Assembly (NCBI GenBank): GCA_013239625.1
Contig: MU053758.1
Coordinates: forward strand, 3,767,490 to 3,831,489
Length of the DNA: 64,000 nt
Source of the DNA: Lama guanicoe
Lineage: Eukaryota
Reading direction: 5' to 3'
Below, piece by piece: positions 63,330 through 64,000 of this stretch (the first letter of the stretch is position 1; each line of letters begins with the position of its first letter). The notes under the pieces are model-generated. The model was not told the origin of the DNA, ran no database searches, and was given only the letters and a program-made list of their open reading frames with translations. Made by a program: the position numbers and the translations under genes.

Positions 63330-64000
63330 GAGAATGGGACAGTGAGGAGACATTCATCCTCATCTCTCAGCAGCCACACCGTCTCTTTCCCACCTCTGTG
63401 CCATTGCCTACGCTGATCTCTATACCTGGAATGCCACCTGCTGCCCCCAAGGTTCTGAAGCCTTCCCTGCCCACTCCTCCATCGCTCAGCCCAAATACCC
63501 TCCCAGAGAAAGGGAGAACTCCGAACAACCTCCCTGCGCAGGATGTCCTCCAGGCCTGGATCCACTGACTAGCACAAGGCTGGGTTCCAGAGCAAGTGAG
63601 AGCGTGAGTGAAGGAAGGAAGGAAGGAAGGATGGAGACCTAGGGTGGAGGAGAAATGTTCACAAAGGTCCAAAGTAGGGTGGGCATGAGTCAGAAGCAGG
63701 CACTAAGGACAGAGGGCAGGGAGCGCCCACCTTGCTTCGAAGGTCCTCAGTGGTCTCTTAAAGTAGGAGCTGTAGTCACGGGCAGGCCCGGGGCCCTGCT
63801 TCTTGTACCAGTCCCGGATCTTCACCTCCAGGTCGGCGTTGGCCTCCTCCAGGGCATGCACCTTCTCCAAGTAGGAGGCCAGGCGATCATTGAGGTTCTG
63901 CATGGTCTCCTTCTCGCTGCCCCCCAGCAGGGCTTCCGCCACGCCAAAGCTGGAGCCAAAGCCCCCACCCAGGCTGCAGATGTAGCCCCCAGTGTAGCCA

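Overview
Mammalian genomic DNA covering part of the type I (acidic) keratin cluster. Five keratin loci lie on the minus strand in the conserved order KRT9 - KRT14 - KRT16 - KRT17 - KRT42. The tRNA-Ala-derived SINEs look like the camelid Vic-1 family, so the source is probably a camel, alpaca or llama (inference). I spliced every gene by hand. KRT9 (504 aa), KRT14 (471 aa) and KRT17 (435 aa) have intact 8-exon ORFs with canonical GT-AG sites, TATA boxes and poly(A) signals. KRT16 is a heavily decayed unitary pseudogene: at least 8 frameshifts, 2 nonsense codons, a dead splice donor, an eroded helix-initiation motif and no intact TATA. KRT42 is a lightly decayed pseudogene with 3 frameshifts; its 5' end is outside the window. 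The most interesting signal is a remodelled foot-pad/nail keratin set: KRT16 and KRT42 lost, and a short, cysteine-enriched KRT9 kept, with patchy exon-level gene conversion among the paralogues. Intergenic DNA is mostly SINE, L1, MaLR/ERVL and DNA-transposon debris. Most ORFs in the supplied track are spurious. I see no novel multi-gene system beyond this.
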